A stretch of 58,077 nucleotides of DNA, from NCBI GenBank assembly GCA_049472335.1, contig JBLIRO010000029.1, forward strand, positions 1 to 58,077, given 5' to 3'. Within the stretch, counting starts at the first letter, position 1, and every line of letters begins with the position of its first letter. Below, piece after piece: positions 49,613 through 58,077 of this stretch. Source of the DNA: a bacterium. Its GTDB lineage: Bacteria > SZUA-182 > DTGQ01 > JAFGSM01. The translations under genes and the position numbers were made by a program. The notes below the pieces were generated by a model. That model ran no database searches. It was not told the origin of the DNA and was given only the letters and a program-made list of their open reading frames with translations.

Positions 49613-50665
49613 ATGCAACCGACAAAAAAAGATAATGAACCTGCCATTGAATCATCCGGCATAACCAAGCTGTTTCGACCTAATATACTCACTACAATTT
49701 CAGGTGAAAAATCACAAAAAGTAGTTACTGCCGTTGACAGGGTCAATTTAAAAGTAAACAGAGGCGAAATTTTCGGCCTTGTAGGTCCAAATGGAGCAGG
49801 TAAAACAACCCTGATCAAAATGCTCACGACATTATTGTTGCCTACTTCAGGTACAGCAAGGATTGCAGGTTACGATGTTATACACTCTGCATACCGGGTC
49901 CGAAAATTGGTGGGTTTGGTAACCAGTAATGAGCGAAGTTTTTATTGGCGACTAACCGGACGGCAGAATCTGGATTTTTTTGCATCGCTGTATCATATCC
50001 CCCGAAAAATCGCAAAAGAAAGGATCGATGTTTTATTCGATCTTCTTAATCTTAAAAAAGTAGGTGATAGAAGGTTTGACAGCTATTCCACGGGTATGAA
50101 GCAGCGGCTTTCCATAGCACGGGGACTCCTTAGTAAGCCGGATATCATTTTTATGGATGAACCAACAAAAGGTGTTGATCCGATAGGGACAAATGAAATT
50201 ATTGAAATAATCAAAAAGCAGATCGTGAGGGAGTGGAAATCCACGCTATTGATAACCTCTCACAACCTGAGAGAAATTGAACGTCTTTGCGATAGAATAG
50301 CAATCATGAAAAACGGACGAATAATTGAAGTCGGAACCCTGGAAGAACTGCATGCTAAAACAAAATGTTTTGATACTTATCGCATGACAGTCCATGATAT
50401 TTTGGAGGAGCAATTAAGGCGCATTATTTCAAATGCCGAAGCATTAGAGCCTGTTCAAATTGTAAAATCAAATTCAGCCATTGATCTGGAAGTAAATTTC
50501 AAGCAAGGCAGCAATGGATTTTCCAGAACAATAAAATCAATAATCTTAGAAGGCGGAGATATTTCAAAATGCACTCAAATCTCAAATTCATTTGATGACA
50601 TCTTCCAGACCTTGGTGGAAAATAATCTAAACCGGATTGAAAATGAAGAAGGTAATGAAGAATGA
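49613..50665 (+). CDS. ABC-2 type exporter ATP-binding protein
   Basis: GPNGAGKTT, YSTGMKQR, FMDEPT and TSHNL motifs. Confidence 0.95.
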   Translation: MQPTKKDNEPAIESSGITKLFRPNILTTISGEKSQKVVTAVDRVNLKVNRGEIFGLVGPNGAGKTTLIKMLTTLLLPTSGTARIAGYDVIHSAYRVRKLVGLVTSNERSFYWRLTGRQNLDFFASLYHIPRKIAKERIDVLFDLLNLKKVGDRRFDSYSTGMKQRLSIARGLLSKPDIIFMDEPTKGVDPIGTNEIIEIIKKQIVREWKSTLLITSHNLREIERLCDRIAIMKNGRIIEVGTLEELHAKTKCFDTYRMTVHDILEEQLRRIISNAEALEPVQIVKSNSAIDLEVNFKQGSNGFSRTIKSIILEGGDISKCTQISNSFDDIFQTLVENNLNRIENEEGNEE

Positions 50666-51462
50666 GGGTTATCTGGGCTTTTATAAAAAAGGATTTTCTG
50701 ATTCAAACCAGTTATAAAGCTGCTTTTTTTCTCCAGTTATTAGGGATATTTTTGGGGGTCCCGGTCTTTTATTTTATAAGCAGGATTTTTACCGGCGCTG
50801 ATTCCAAATTCCTTGCCAGATACGGAGGGAATTATTTTGCATTTTTACTGCTGGGAATAGCCTTCGTGGATTATCTGGGGCTCAGCCTCAGGACTTTCAA
50901 CCAGAGCATACGGGACAGCCAGCTCATGGGAACTTTGGAAATTGTCCTGCTTTCTCCCACTGCTATCCCTAAGTTGCTTATCTATTCCTCTCTTTGGGGG
51001 TATCTTTTTACATCAACCAGGTTTATACTTTATTTATTGATGGGCCTGTTGTTCGGTTTGGATCTCGGAAATGCCAATTATCCTGCAGCTCTGTTAACTT
51101 TAGTTTTGGCAATTATCTCCTTCGCATCCTTTGGAATTATTATCGCCAGCCTAACAATGGTAATTAAACGCGGAGAGGTATTTAACGCATTGCTTAGCGC
51201 TGCATCGGTTTTTCTTGGTGGCGTTCTCTTCCCTACTGAAGTGCTTCCCAAGTGGCTGGAAACATTATCAAAATTTTTGCCCATTACGCATGCCCTTGAG
51301 GGAATGCGCATGGCGCTTATTAAAGGTTATTCCATTGCTGAAATCTTCCCGCAGATCCTTATACTGCTGCTATTTTCAGTTATTTTTATCCCTATAGGTA
51401 TTCTTGCCTTTTATGGAGCTGTTCGATGGACAAAGATCATCGGGACTGTTGAGCAGTATTAA
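50662..51462 (+). CDS. ABC-2 type exporter permease
   Basis: Six TMs, GTLE, GVLFP...LP.WL and LPITHALEGMR motifs; overlaps the ATPase stop by 4 nt. Confidence 0.92.
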   Translation: MRVIWAFIKKDFLIQTSYKAAFFLQLLGIFLGVPVFYFISRIFTGADSKFLARYGGNYFAFLLLGIAFVDYLGLSLRTFNQSIRDSQLMGTLEIVLLSPTAIPKLLIYSSLWGYLFTSTRFILYLLMGLLFGLDLGNANYPAALLTLVLAIISFASFGIIIASLTMVIKRGEVFNALLSAASVFLGGVLFPTEVLPKWLETLSKFLPITHALEGMRMALIKGYSIAEIFPQILILLLFSVIFIPIGILAFYGAVRWTKIIGTVEQY

Positions 51463-51505
51463 AGACCAAAGGAACATTTATAGACGTCTTTTTTTAAATG
51501 GCGTC

Positions 51506-53503
51506 TTATCTGAAGGTAAGCATTCTTTTCAAACGCCTTAGCCATGCAGGTTTTTTGTGAAAATTTATTGAAAGGTTTATATCAGCAATGGTACCTGCTT
51601 TTAGACGGAATTCCCTATATGCTAATGGTTGATTCCATATTTTAAACATTTTTTTATAATCAGGCATACATGCAACTGATGATAGCATGGGTGTAATTCT
51701 GACTGCAAGACTCAGGAACCTTTCCCCTTCCCTGAACATCCATCGAAGATTAATCCATCTTTCCAAGATCCCTTCCAGATGATCGGCAGAAAGATCTGGG
51801 AATCTTTTAAGTATATCCGGTTTTGTTTGAATACTGTCACAGAATAGATATAATTCACGCTCAATCCCTTTTAGTATTGTTTTAGAACCCTTCTCTGACA
51901 ACCTGTCTGTTATGGTGAGGAATTCACCCGCATCCTGATAAAAGAGAAGGGGCGAAAAAATCCTGTTCTCCCCTGTTTGCTGCCATGCTCTAAAGATCTC
52001 TTGCCATTTTAATATTCTGTCTTTTCTATCATTGATGCAAGTGTAATCATAATAAAAAGGTGTAAGTGTTTGCCAGATCTCTTTAGGAAAACGCCATTGG
52101 GCATTATCAATAAGCTTCTTTTCTTTTATATTAAATTTTTCAAGATTATTGTATACCGGGCTTCCATGGCATAATCGCATGGGATGGACCGAATATGGAG
52201 GGATAAAACTCTTCAAAAAATTCACATTTTCAATTGTTTCCTCCAAATCAGACTGATCTTCATTTGGATAATTAATTATAACATTATAAAAGACTAATAT
52301 GTCATGCTCCTGGCAATTTTTTACAGCAGCAATATTTTCGATAGTTGTGACTCCCTTGTTCATCTTTTTTAAGCATTTGTTGCCAAATGCCTCTATACCT
52401 ATCTGTACCACCTTTACTCCAGCATCCCTCATTAGTCTGTAATCCTCTTTTTTTAGACGGCCTGCCCGTATCTCCAGCAACATATTCAGATCCATATTCA
52501 GGTTTTTCAATCCTGACATCAATTTGTCAAAGTCCTTGATTCTTTGAACGTTATCCATAAAACGAATGGAATGACACTGATACCTGTTTACCAGTTCCCT
52601 TACCTCATAAATAATACGTTCTACAGATTTTTCTCTATACCGGCTATATTGTGAATTTAAATTACAGAATGTACATTTGCTCCACCAACAGCCTCTTGAT
52701 CCTTCAACAGGGATGGAAAGATAATTTCTGATAAAGTTTTTCAAATCAGAAGAACATCCCTCCATTTCAGAAAAATAATCATCGAATTCCGGGATAAGAA
52801 GACTATCTAAAGATAATGCCTCCGGAGGGCCATTAAATTTTACGGTACCATTATCTCTCCATATAAGACCTTTTATTTTATCTAATCCTCCTTTATCTAA
52901 ATTACGAAAAAGGGAGGCAAGGGTTTCTTCGCCCTCACCGCTTACAATAAAATCTATTACCGGAAATGTTTTGAGCAGGCTTATTCCAAGATCTCCGGTA
53001 CATAATGCCCCGCCAAATACAATCTTAATATTGGGATGCCGTTGTTTTATTTTTCTGGCAAGATAGATTGATGGCTTTAATTGGTCATATGTAACACTAA
53101 AACCAATAAGGGAATATTTTGAAAAGTCTATACCTGTAAGCAGTTCTTCATTAAATGAATTTAATCTATCCAGAACTGTTTCCAAGGTAATTTGTTCTTT
53201 TTTAATTACAAAAGAATTAAAGTATCTCTTTATCCTTTTTCTGTATTTATAGAAATTTTTCGGAAATAAAAAATAGGGGTAAAATATTTCATCTATCATT
53301 GTAGAGCTAATAATATTATACAATTTCGGAGTGAGTATATCGGCGCATTTCAAATAAGCATGATGAGAATCAACAGAGATACCTTTACTTTTTAGATAGC
53401 TGGATAATGTCCCTAATTGGATGGAAGGTACTATTGAGTTTGAAAAAGGCATGGAAATTAAAAGAAGCCTTCCCTGACTCTCTATATCATTACTTGTGTT
53501 CAT
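51506..53503 (-). CDS. B12-dependent radical SAM enzyme, RiPP-maturation C-methyltransferase type (copy 2)
   Basis: SMPF...PSIQLGTL, cobalamin-binding domain (IGFSVT, VFGGA, VSGEGE), SRGCWWSKCTFC, QIGIEAF, KMNKG. Confidence 0.85.
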   Translation of the reverse strand: MNTSNDIESQGRLLLISMPFSNSIVPSIQLGTLSSYLKSKGISVDSHHAYLKCADILTPKLYNIISSTMIDEIFYPYFLFPKNFYKYRKRIKRYFNSFVIKKEQITLETVLDRLNSFNEELLTGIDFSKYSLIGFSVTYDQLKPSIYLARKIKQRHPNIKIVFGGALCTGDLGISLLKTFPVIDFIVSGEGEETLASLFRNLDKGGLDKIKGLIWRDNGTVKFNGPPEALSLDSLLIPEFDDYFSEMEGCSSDLKNFIRNYLSIPVEGSRGCWWSKCTFCNLNSQYSRYREKSVERIIYEVRELVNRYQCHSIRFMDNVQRIKDFDKLMSGLKNLNMDLNMLLEIRAGRLKKEDYRLMRDAGVKVVQIGIEAFGNKCLKKMNKGVTTIENIAAVKNCQEHDILVFYNVIINYPNEDQSDLEETIENVNFLKSFIPPYSVHPMRLCHGSPVYNNLEKFNIKEKKLIDNAQWRFPKEIWQTLTPFYYDYTCINDRKDRILKWQEIFRAWQQTGENRIFSPLLFYQDAGEFLTITDRLSEKGSKTILKGIERELYLFCDSIQTKPDILKRFPDLSADHLEGILERWINLRWMFREGERFLSLAVRITPMLSSVACMPDYKKMFKIWNQPLAYREFRLKAGTIADINLSINFHKKPAWLRRLKRMLTFR

Positions 53504-53519
53504 GTTGATTACCTCTTTA

Positions 53520-54290
53520 TCATATATCCTTGATGATTGTTAGTAAATCATGTGTTAAAAACCGAAAGAAAAGAGACCTGCAAGTTTGTATATAGAAGTG
53601 GTCACCTGGAAACATCCTTATAGTAAATGATCCTGTTGTAAGTTGTCGCCATGCATCCACTTCATCTCTGGAAACTGTGTGATCCTGCAAACCACCATAT
53701 GCCGTAATTGAACAGGGCAGGGGAGGGCCGTTATTGTATATGTAGGTTTCACAAAGCATAAAGTCCGTTCTTAAAACAGGCATAATCATTTTTAATAGTT
53801 CCTCTGACTCCATCACTTCATTGGGTGTTCCGTTCAAATCCTTTATCTCTTTAATGAACTGGTCATCCGGCAGATTATGGATAAGTGGAAGAATCTGGGG
53901 CAGATACGGGGCCCTACGACCGGATACCAATAAATGATATGGTTGTGGAAGTCCGGCATTCCGAATTGCCTGAGACAGTTCATATCCTAATAACGCTCCC
54001 ATACTGTGACCGAAGAAGGCATATGGTTTTCCGATCCAGTCATTCATACCATCAATGATTGCATCAACCAGACAGGCAAGATTCATTATTGGTTTTTCGC
54101 GGATTCGGTTTTCTCTTCCTGGTAATTGAATTGCGCATAACTCAATACTTTTTGGCAGATATTCATGCCAGTCACGGAAAAATTGGGCACCACCACCTGC
54201 AAACGGTAAACATAATAAGCGTAACATGGCATTCGGAACAGGCTTGAAAACCTTTAGCCATTGATTGTTTATTTGTAATCTTGACAACAT
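53520..54290 (-). CDS. type II thioesterase (GrsT/RifR-like)
   Basis: CLPFAGGGA, QLPGRENR, FGHSMG and FPGDHF motifs. Confidence 0.93.
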   Translation of the reverse strand: MLSRLQINNQWLKVFKPVPNAMLRLLCLPFAGGGAQFFRDWHEYLPKSIELCAIQLPGRENRIREKPIMNLACLVDAIIDGMNDWIGKPYAFFGHSMGALLGYELSQAIRNAGLPQPYHLLVSGRRAPYLPQILPLIHNLPDDQFIKEIKDLNGTPNEVMESEELLKMIMPVLRTDFMLCETYIYNNGPPLPCSITAYGGLQDHTVSRDEVDAWRQLTTGSFTIRMFPGDHFYIQTCRSLFFRFLTHDLLTIIKDI

Positions 54291-54296
54291 AATCTC

Positions 54297-56315
54297 CTAT
54301 CTTATTTTAAAGGTAACCATCTTCTTTAACCTCCTCAGCCATGCCGGTTTTTTATGTACATTTATCGAAAGATTTATATCAGCCATGGAACCTATTTTTA
54401 GATACATTTTCCAATTAGGTGAGGAAAGCCTCCATCTTTTGAAAAAGTCTTGAGTAAGTTTAGGCAAATGTACAACTGATGAGATCATAGGATTCATCCT
54501 GACCGCCAGGCTGAGAAACTTTTCCCCTTCCCTGAACATCCAGCGATTCGTAATCCATTTTTCTAAAATTTTTTCCAGTATATCAGGTGAAATATCAGGG
54601 AATTGTTTAAGTATGTCCGATTTTGTTCGTATAGTATCACAGAATAGATATAATTGACGCTCAAACCCTTCTAATTTCGTTTTAAAACCCTTCTCCGAGA
54701 GCAAGTCTCTTATTATCAGAATCTTACCTGTTTCCTGATAAAAGAGGAGAGGTTTAACAAGCCTTTCGTCTCCTGTCTTTAGCCATTCACTAAAAATCCT
54801 TATCCATGAAGATGTCCTATCTTTCATGCCATTGACGCAATCATATTCATAAAATAAAGGAGTAAGGGTTTGCCATACAGTCTGGGGAAAACGCCATATG
54901 GCATGATTCGGGATCTTTATCTCCTTGATATTAAAATCTTTAGGATTGTGATAAACTGGACTTCCATGAGTTAATAGCATTGAATGAATAGACATAGGGG
55001 GTATAAATCCTCTTAAGAACTTTAAGTTTTCGGCAGTTTCCTGTAAATCGGGCAGATCTTCATTCGGATAATTAATTATAATATTATATAAGGCTAATAT
55101 ACCAAATTCCTGACAATACTTAAGGGCAGCAATATTTTCTATAGTTGTAACCCCCTTGTTCATCTTTTTCAGCATCCTGTTTCCAAATGCTTCAATACCT
55201 ATCCTTACTATATTCACTCCGGCATCGCGCATGAGTCTATAATCCTCTTTATTTAGATGCCCTGCACGTATCTCTAAAATAATATCCAGATCCATATTCA
55301 AATCCTTTAATCCTGACATCAATTTGCTAAAGTTCTTAACCCTCTGAATATTATCAAAAAAACGTATGGAATTGCACTGATATCTATTGACTTGGTCCTT
55401 TACCTCTTCAATAATCCGATCTACAGATTTCTCTCTATAGCAGATAAATTGTGAATTTAAACTGCAAAAAGTGCATTTGTTCCACCAACATCCTCTTGAT
55501 CCTTCAATAGGGATAACAAGATGATTTTTGATATACTCTCTCATATAAGAAGAACATTCTTCTAATGTCTTAAAGTAATCCTCGTATTCCGGTATGGGAA
55601 GATCGTCTAAGGATAATGTCTTTGAAGGTCCGTTTAATTTAACGGTTCCATTATCTCTCCATCCAAGACCTTTTATCTTATCAAATCCCCCTTTATCTAA
55701 ATTAAGAAAGAGGGTGGTGAGTATTTCTTCACCCTCACCGCTTACAATAAAATCTATCTCTGAAAATGTTTTGAGCAGGCTTATTCCAAGATCTTCAGTA
55801 CAGTAAGCTCCACCAAATACGATCGGTATATTGGGATAACGTTGTTTTATTTTTCCTGCAAGATATAAAGATGCCTTTAATTGATCAAAAGTAACACTAA
55901 AACCAATAAGGGAATATTTTGAAAAATCAATCTTTTTAAGTAGTCCTTCATTAAAGGAACTCAATCTATCCAGAACAGTTTGCAGAGAAATTGGCTGCAT
56001 TACAGGGAAATTCATTATAATCCTTTTAAAGTAACCTTCTATTTCTTTTCTATGTCTCTTAAAATTTTCCGGAAATAAAAAATAAGGGTAAAAGATTTCA
56101 TCAGGCATAAAATTGCAAATAATGTGATACCATTCGGGACCGAGAATATCAGCAAATTTTAAATAAGCGTGATAGACATCTACAGGTATCTCTTTGTTTT
56201 TTAGATAACCATATAATGTGCCCAGTTGAATGGAAGGAAGATATGCTTCAGAAAAAGGCATTGAAACTAAAAGCAGCCTGCCTTGACCATCTCTATTATT
56301 ATTACTTTTGCTCAT
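54297..56315 (-). CDS. B12-dependent radical SAM enzyme, RiPP-maturation C-methyltransferase type (copy 1)
   Basis: Same architecture as 51506..53503, with SRGCWWNKCTFC. Its start overlaps the NRPS stop by 14 nt, with a GGAGG RBS. Confidence 0.85.
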   Translation of the reverse strand: MSKSNNNRDGQGRLLLVSMPFSEAYLPSIQLGTLYGYLKNKEIPVDVYHAYLKFADILGPEWYHIICNFMPDEIFYPYFLFPENFKRHRKEIEGYFKRIIMNFPVMQPISLQTVLDRLSSFNEGLLKKIDFSKYSLIGFSVTFDQLKASLYLAGKIKQRYPNIPIVFGGAYCTEDLGISLLKTFSEIDFIVSGEGEEILTTLFLNLDKGGFDKIKGLGWRDNGTVKLNGPSKTLSLDDLPIPEYEDYFKTLEECSSYMREYIKNHLVIPIEGSRGCWWNKCTFCSLNSQFICYREKSVDRIIEEVKDQVNRYQCNSIRFFDNIQRVKNFSKLMSGLKDLNMDLDIILEIRAGHLNKEDYRLMRDAGVNIVRIGIEAFGNRMLKKMNKGVTTIENIAALKYCQEFGILALYNIIINYPNEDLPDLQETAENLKFLRGFIPPMSIHSMLLTHGSPVYHNPKDFNIKEIKIPNHAIWRFPQTVWQTLTPLFYEYDCVNGMKDRTSSWIRIFSEWLKTGDERLVKPLLFYQETGKILIIRDLLSEKGFKTKLEGFERQLYLFCDTIRTKSDILKQFPDISPDILEKILEKWITNRWMFREGEKFLSLAVRMNPMISSVVHLPKLTQDFFKRWRLSSPNWKMYLKIGSMADINLSINVHKKPAWLRRLKKMVTFKIR

Positions 56316-58077
56316 ATGGATTGCCTCCGGACCTCAGTTTTTTAATTTTATATAACTGGCTTTTTAATCGACTTTTACCCCTGTTTACTTCTTGTATTAT
56401 CTTATTATCATTCACTATATCTGATAGTTCCTGTTTCTCTTGCCTTAAGTATGTAACTAAGGAGCCAACTGTCGGATACCTGAACAAATCGATCACTGGT
56501 ATATCTATTTTTGTAATCTCAGTTAATTTACTTCTTACCAGAATCATCAGAAGTGAGTTGCCACCGAGATCAAAAAAGTTGTCATGGATGCCAACCCTGT
56601 CAATTTTTAAAACTTCTTGCCAAATATTAGCAATGGATCTTTCTAATTTTGTCTTTGGTTGCATATATGTTCCATTTAATTGGCGCTGTCCCCCGGGTGC
56701 AGGCAATGCCCTTCGATCTACTTTACCATTTGGCGTTAGGGGCAGCGACTCCAACTGCACAAAATAAGAGGGCAGCATGTAATCTGGAAGTCCCTGTCTC
56801 AAATAGTCTCGAAGGTCTTCGAAGGAGAGAGACACATTTGACCTGGGTATTATATAAGCTACTAAGCGCTTATCACCAGGATCGTCTTCGCGAAGAAGCA
56901 CAACTGTCTCTTCCACAGACTCATGATTCCTCAACACTGACTCGATCTCACCCATCTCTATGCGAAACCCGCGCAGCTTCACCTGATCATCCTGACGGCC
57001 CAAAAACTCCAGAATGCCCTCAGGAAGCCAACGAACCATATCCCCCGTGCGATAAAGGTGTGATCCCGGATCTTCACTGAAGGGATCATCTACAAATCTT
57101 TCTGCTGTTAGCTCTGGTCTGTTAAGATATCCTCGCGCCAAGCCATCCCCTCCGATGTATAGCTCGCCCGGCACACCTACCGGTACCGGCTCCATTTGGC
57201 TGTCCAGTACATACACCTGTGTGTTTGCTATGGGACGGCCAATCGGTACTGTCATCGCTTCCTTTGGCACCGAGGAGACCTCATACCATGAGGTGAATGT
57301 GGTATTCTCCGTGGGACCATATACATGAAGCAACCGGCCGGTTCCCTTCTCATCCGCCACTTTTCGCACCTGCTGGGGATCCGCTGCCTCACCGCCAAAC
57401 AAAAGATGATCTATGCTTGCCAACACCTGCGACGATTCCTTTGCCAACAGGTTGAATAATGCGGTTGTCAGGAACGATACACTTATCCCTTCTGCCTTCA
57501 GACGATCAGCCAGCACCCCTGGTGAAAGCACCGTATCCTGATCCAGTACCACCAGCCTTGCACCCGAGAGCAATGCCCCCCATACCTCGAATGTGGAGGC
57601 ATCAAAGGAACAGTTGGATATGTGCGCCACACGGTCTGCAGCACCCAGTTGAATGTAATCCGTGTTGCACACAAGACGCACAACACCCCGGTGCAATATC
57701 TTCACACCCTTTGGTGCTCCAGTAGAGCCCGAGGTGTACATAACGTAAGCCAGGTCATCCCCAACGGTTTCCATATCCGGGTCTGAGACAGGGCGGGTAT
57801 TTATCAGATCCTTGTCCCGGTCCAGACACACCACCTGCACATCCTCATTGGAAAAACGATCCAGTAAACCCTCACGGGTCAGCAGCACATGGGACCCTGT
57901 GTCCTGTAACATGAACGAAAGACGCTGTGCAGGGTAGCTCACATCCAAAGGTACATATGCTCCTCCTGCCTTCAATATCCCCAGCATGGATATAACCATT
58001 TCCATGGATCGCTCCAGGCATACAGTAACCATAGAGCCCCGCTTTACTCCCAATGAGAAAAGATAATGCGCCAGTTG
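56302..58077 (-). CDS. non-ribosomal peptide synthetase, C-terminal part (A domain + PCP), 5'-truncated by the window edge
   Basis: Frame is open to 58077 (QLAHYLFSLGV...). A-domain cores YTSGSTGAPKG, FDAS, YGPTE, GELYIGG, YRTGD, QVKLRGFRIE, NGKVDR; PCP motif NFFDLGGNSL. Confidence 0.96.
   Translation of the reverse strand, partial: QLAHYLFSLGVKRGSMVTVCLERSMEMVISMLGILKAGGAYVPLDVSYPAQRLSFMLQDTGSHVLLTREGLLDRFSNEDVQVVCLDRDKDLINTRPVSDPDMETVGDDLAYVMYTSGSTGAPKGVKILHRGVVRLVCNTDYIQLGAADRVAHISNCSFDASTFEVWGALLSGARLVVLDQDTVLSPGVLADRLKAEGISVSFLTTALFNLLAKESSQVLASIDHLLFGGEAADPQQVRKVADEKGTGRLLHVYGPTENTTFTSWYEVSSVPKEAMTVPIGRPIANTQVYVLDSQMEPVPVGVPGELYIGGDGLARGYLNRPELTAERFVDDPFSEDPGSHLYRTGDMVRWLPEGILEFLGRQDDQVKLRGFRIEMGEIESVLRNHESVEETVVLLREDDPGDKRLVAYIIPRSNVSLSFEDLRDYLRQGLPDYMLPSYFVQLESLPLTPNGKVDRRALPAPGGQRQLNGTYMQPKTKLERSIANIWQEVLKIDRVGIHDNFFDLGGNSLLMILVRSKLTEITKIDIPVIDLFRYPTVGSLVTYLRQEKQELSDIVNDNKIIQEVNRGKSRLKSQLYKIKKLRSGGNPYEQK

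Noticed and set aside
49391..56315. RiPP precursor peptide for the radical SAM enzymes
   Set aside because: Spacers around the rSAM genes are 6-43 bp and the 49391-49612 region shows no credible small ORF. A precursor outside the window cannot be excluded.

Overview
About 58 kb of fairly AT-rich chromosomal DNA from a Gram-negative bacterium. The pilB-pilC-kinase-regulator-pilin gene order, sigma54 sites and a PEP-CTERM gene suggest a Desulfobacterota-like lineage (inference). It holds five blocks. (1) 136-3600: a GT-C membrane glycosyltransferase and a secreted hypothetical gene bracketed by a perfect 14-bp inverted repeat. (2) 3673-21428 (-): an MSHA-like type IV pilus locus with PilB, PilC, a PilS/PilR-like pair, a sigma54-driven major pilin, four minor pilins, a PilM-PilN fusion, PilO and an MshL secretin. 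A YfhO/GT-C gene and a GT2-methyltransferase gene sit directly behind the pilin. (3) 21954-25945 (+): a sulfur-handling operon (FadL-like porin, persulfide dioxygenase-rhodanese fusion, two YeeE/YedE proteins), followed on the - strand by a hotdog thioesterase and a DUF2779 nuclease. (4) 28893-49390: a PEP-CTERM protein and a Wzy-type exopolysaccharide locus (WcaJ, four GT4s, deacetylase, methyltransferase, arylsulfotransferase, glycoside hydrolase, a pair of exosortase-system-type alpha/beta hydrolases, an atypical Wzc, a short OPX and a beta-barrel). (5) 49613-58077: an ABC-2 exporter and the end of an NRPS cluster (A-PCP with an Ile/Val/Leu-type code, no terminal TE) with a type II thioesterase flanked by two duplicated B12-dependent radical SAM enzymes of the RiPP C-methyltransferase type. 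The best candidate for an undescribed system is this NRPS + twin B12-radical-SAM + ABC exporter + EPS/hydrolase-pair locus. It may build a C-methylated aminoacyl/peptidyl unit that decorates the exopolysaccharide or is exported with it. No rRNA, tRNA, CRISPR array or transposase was recognised. All family calls come from motif reading by eye, not from database searches.
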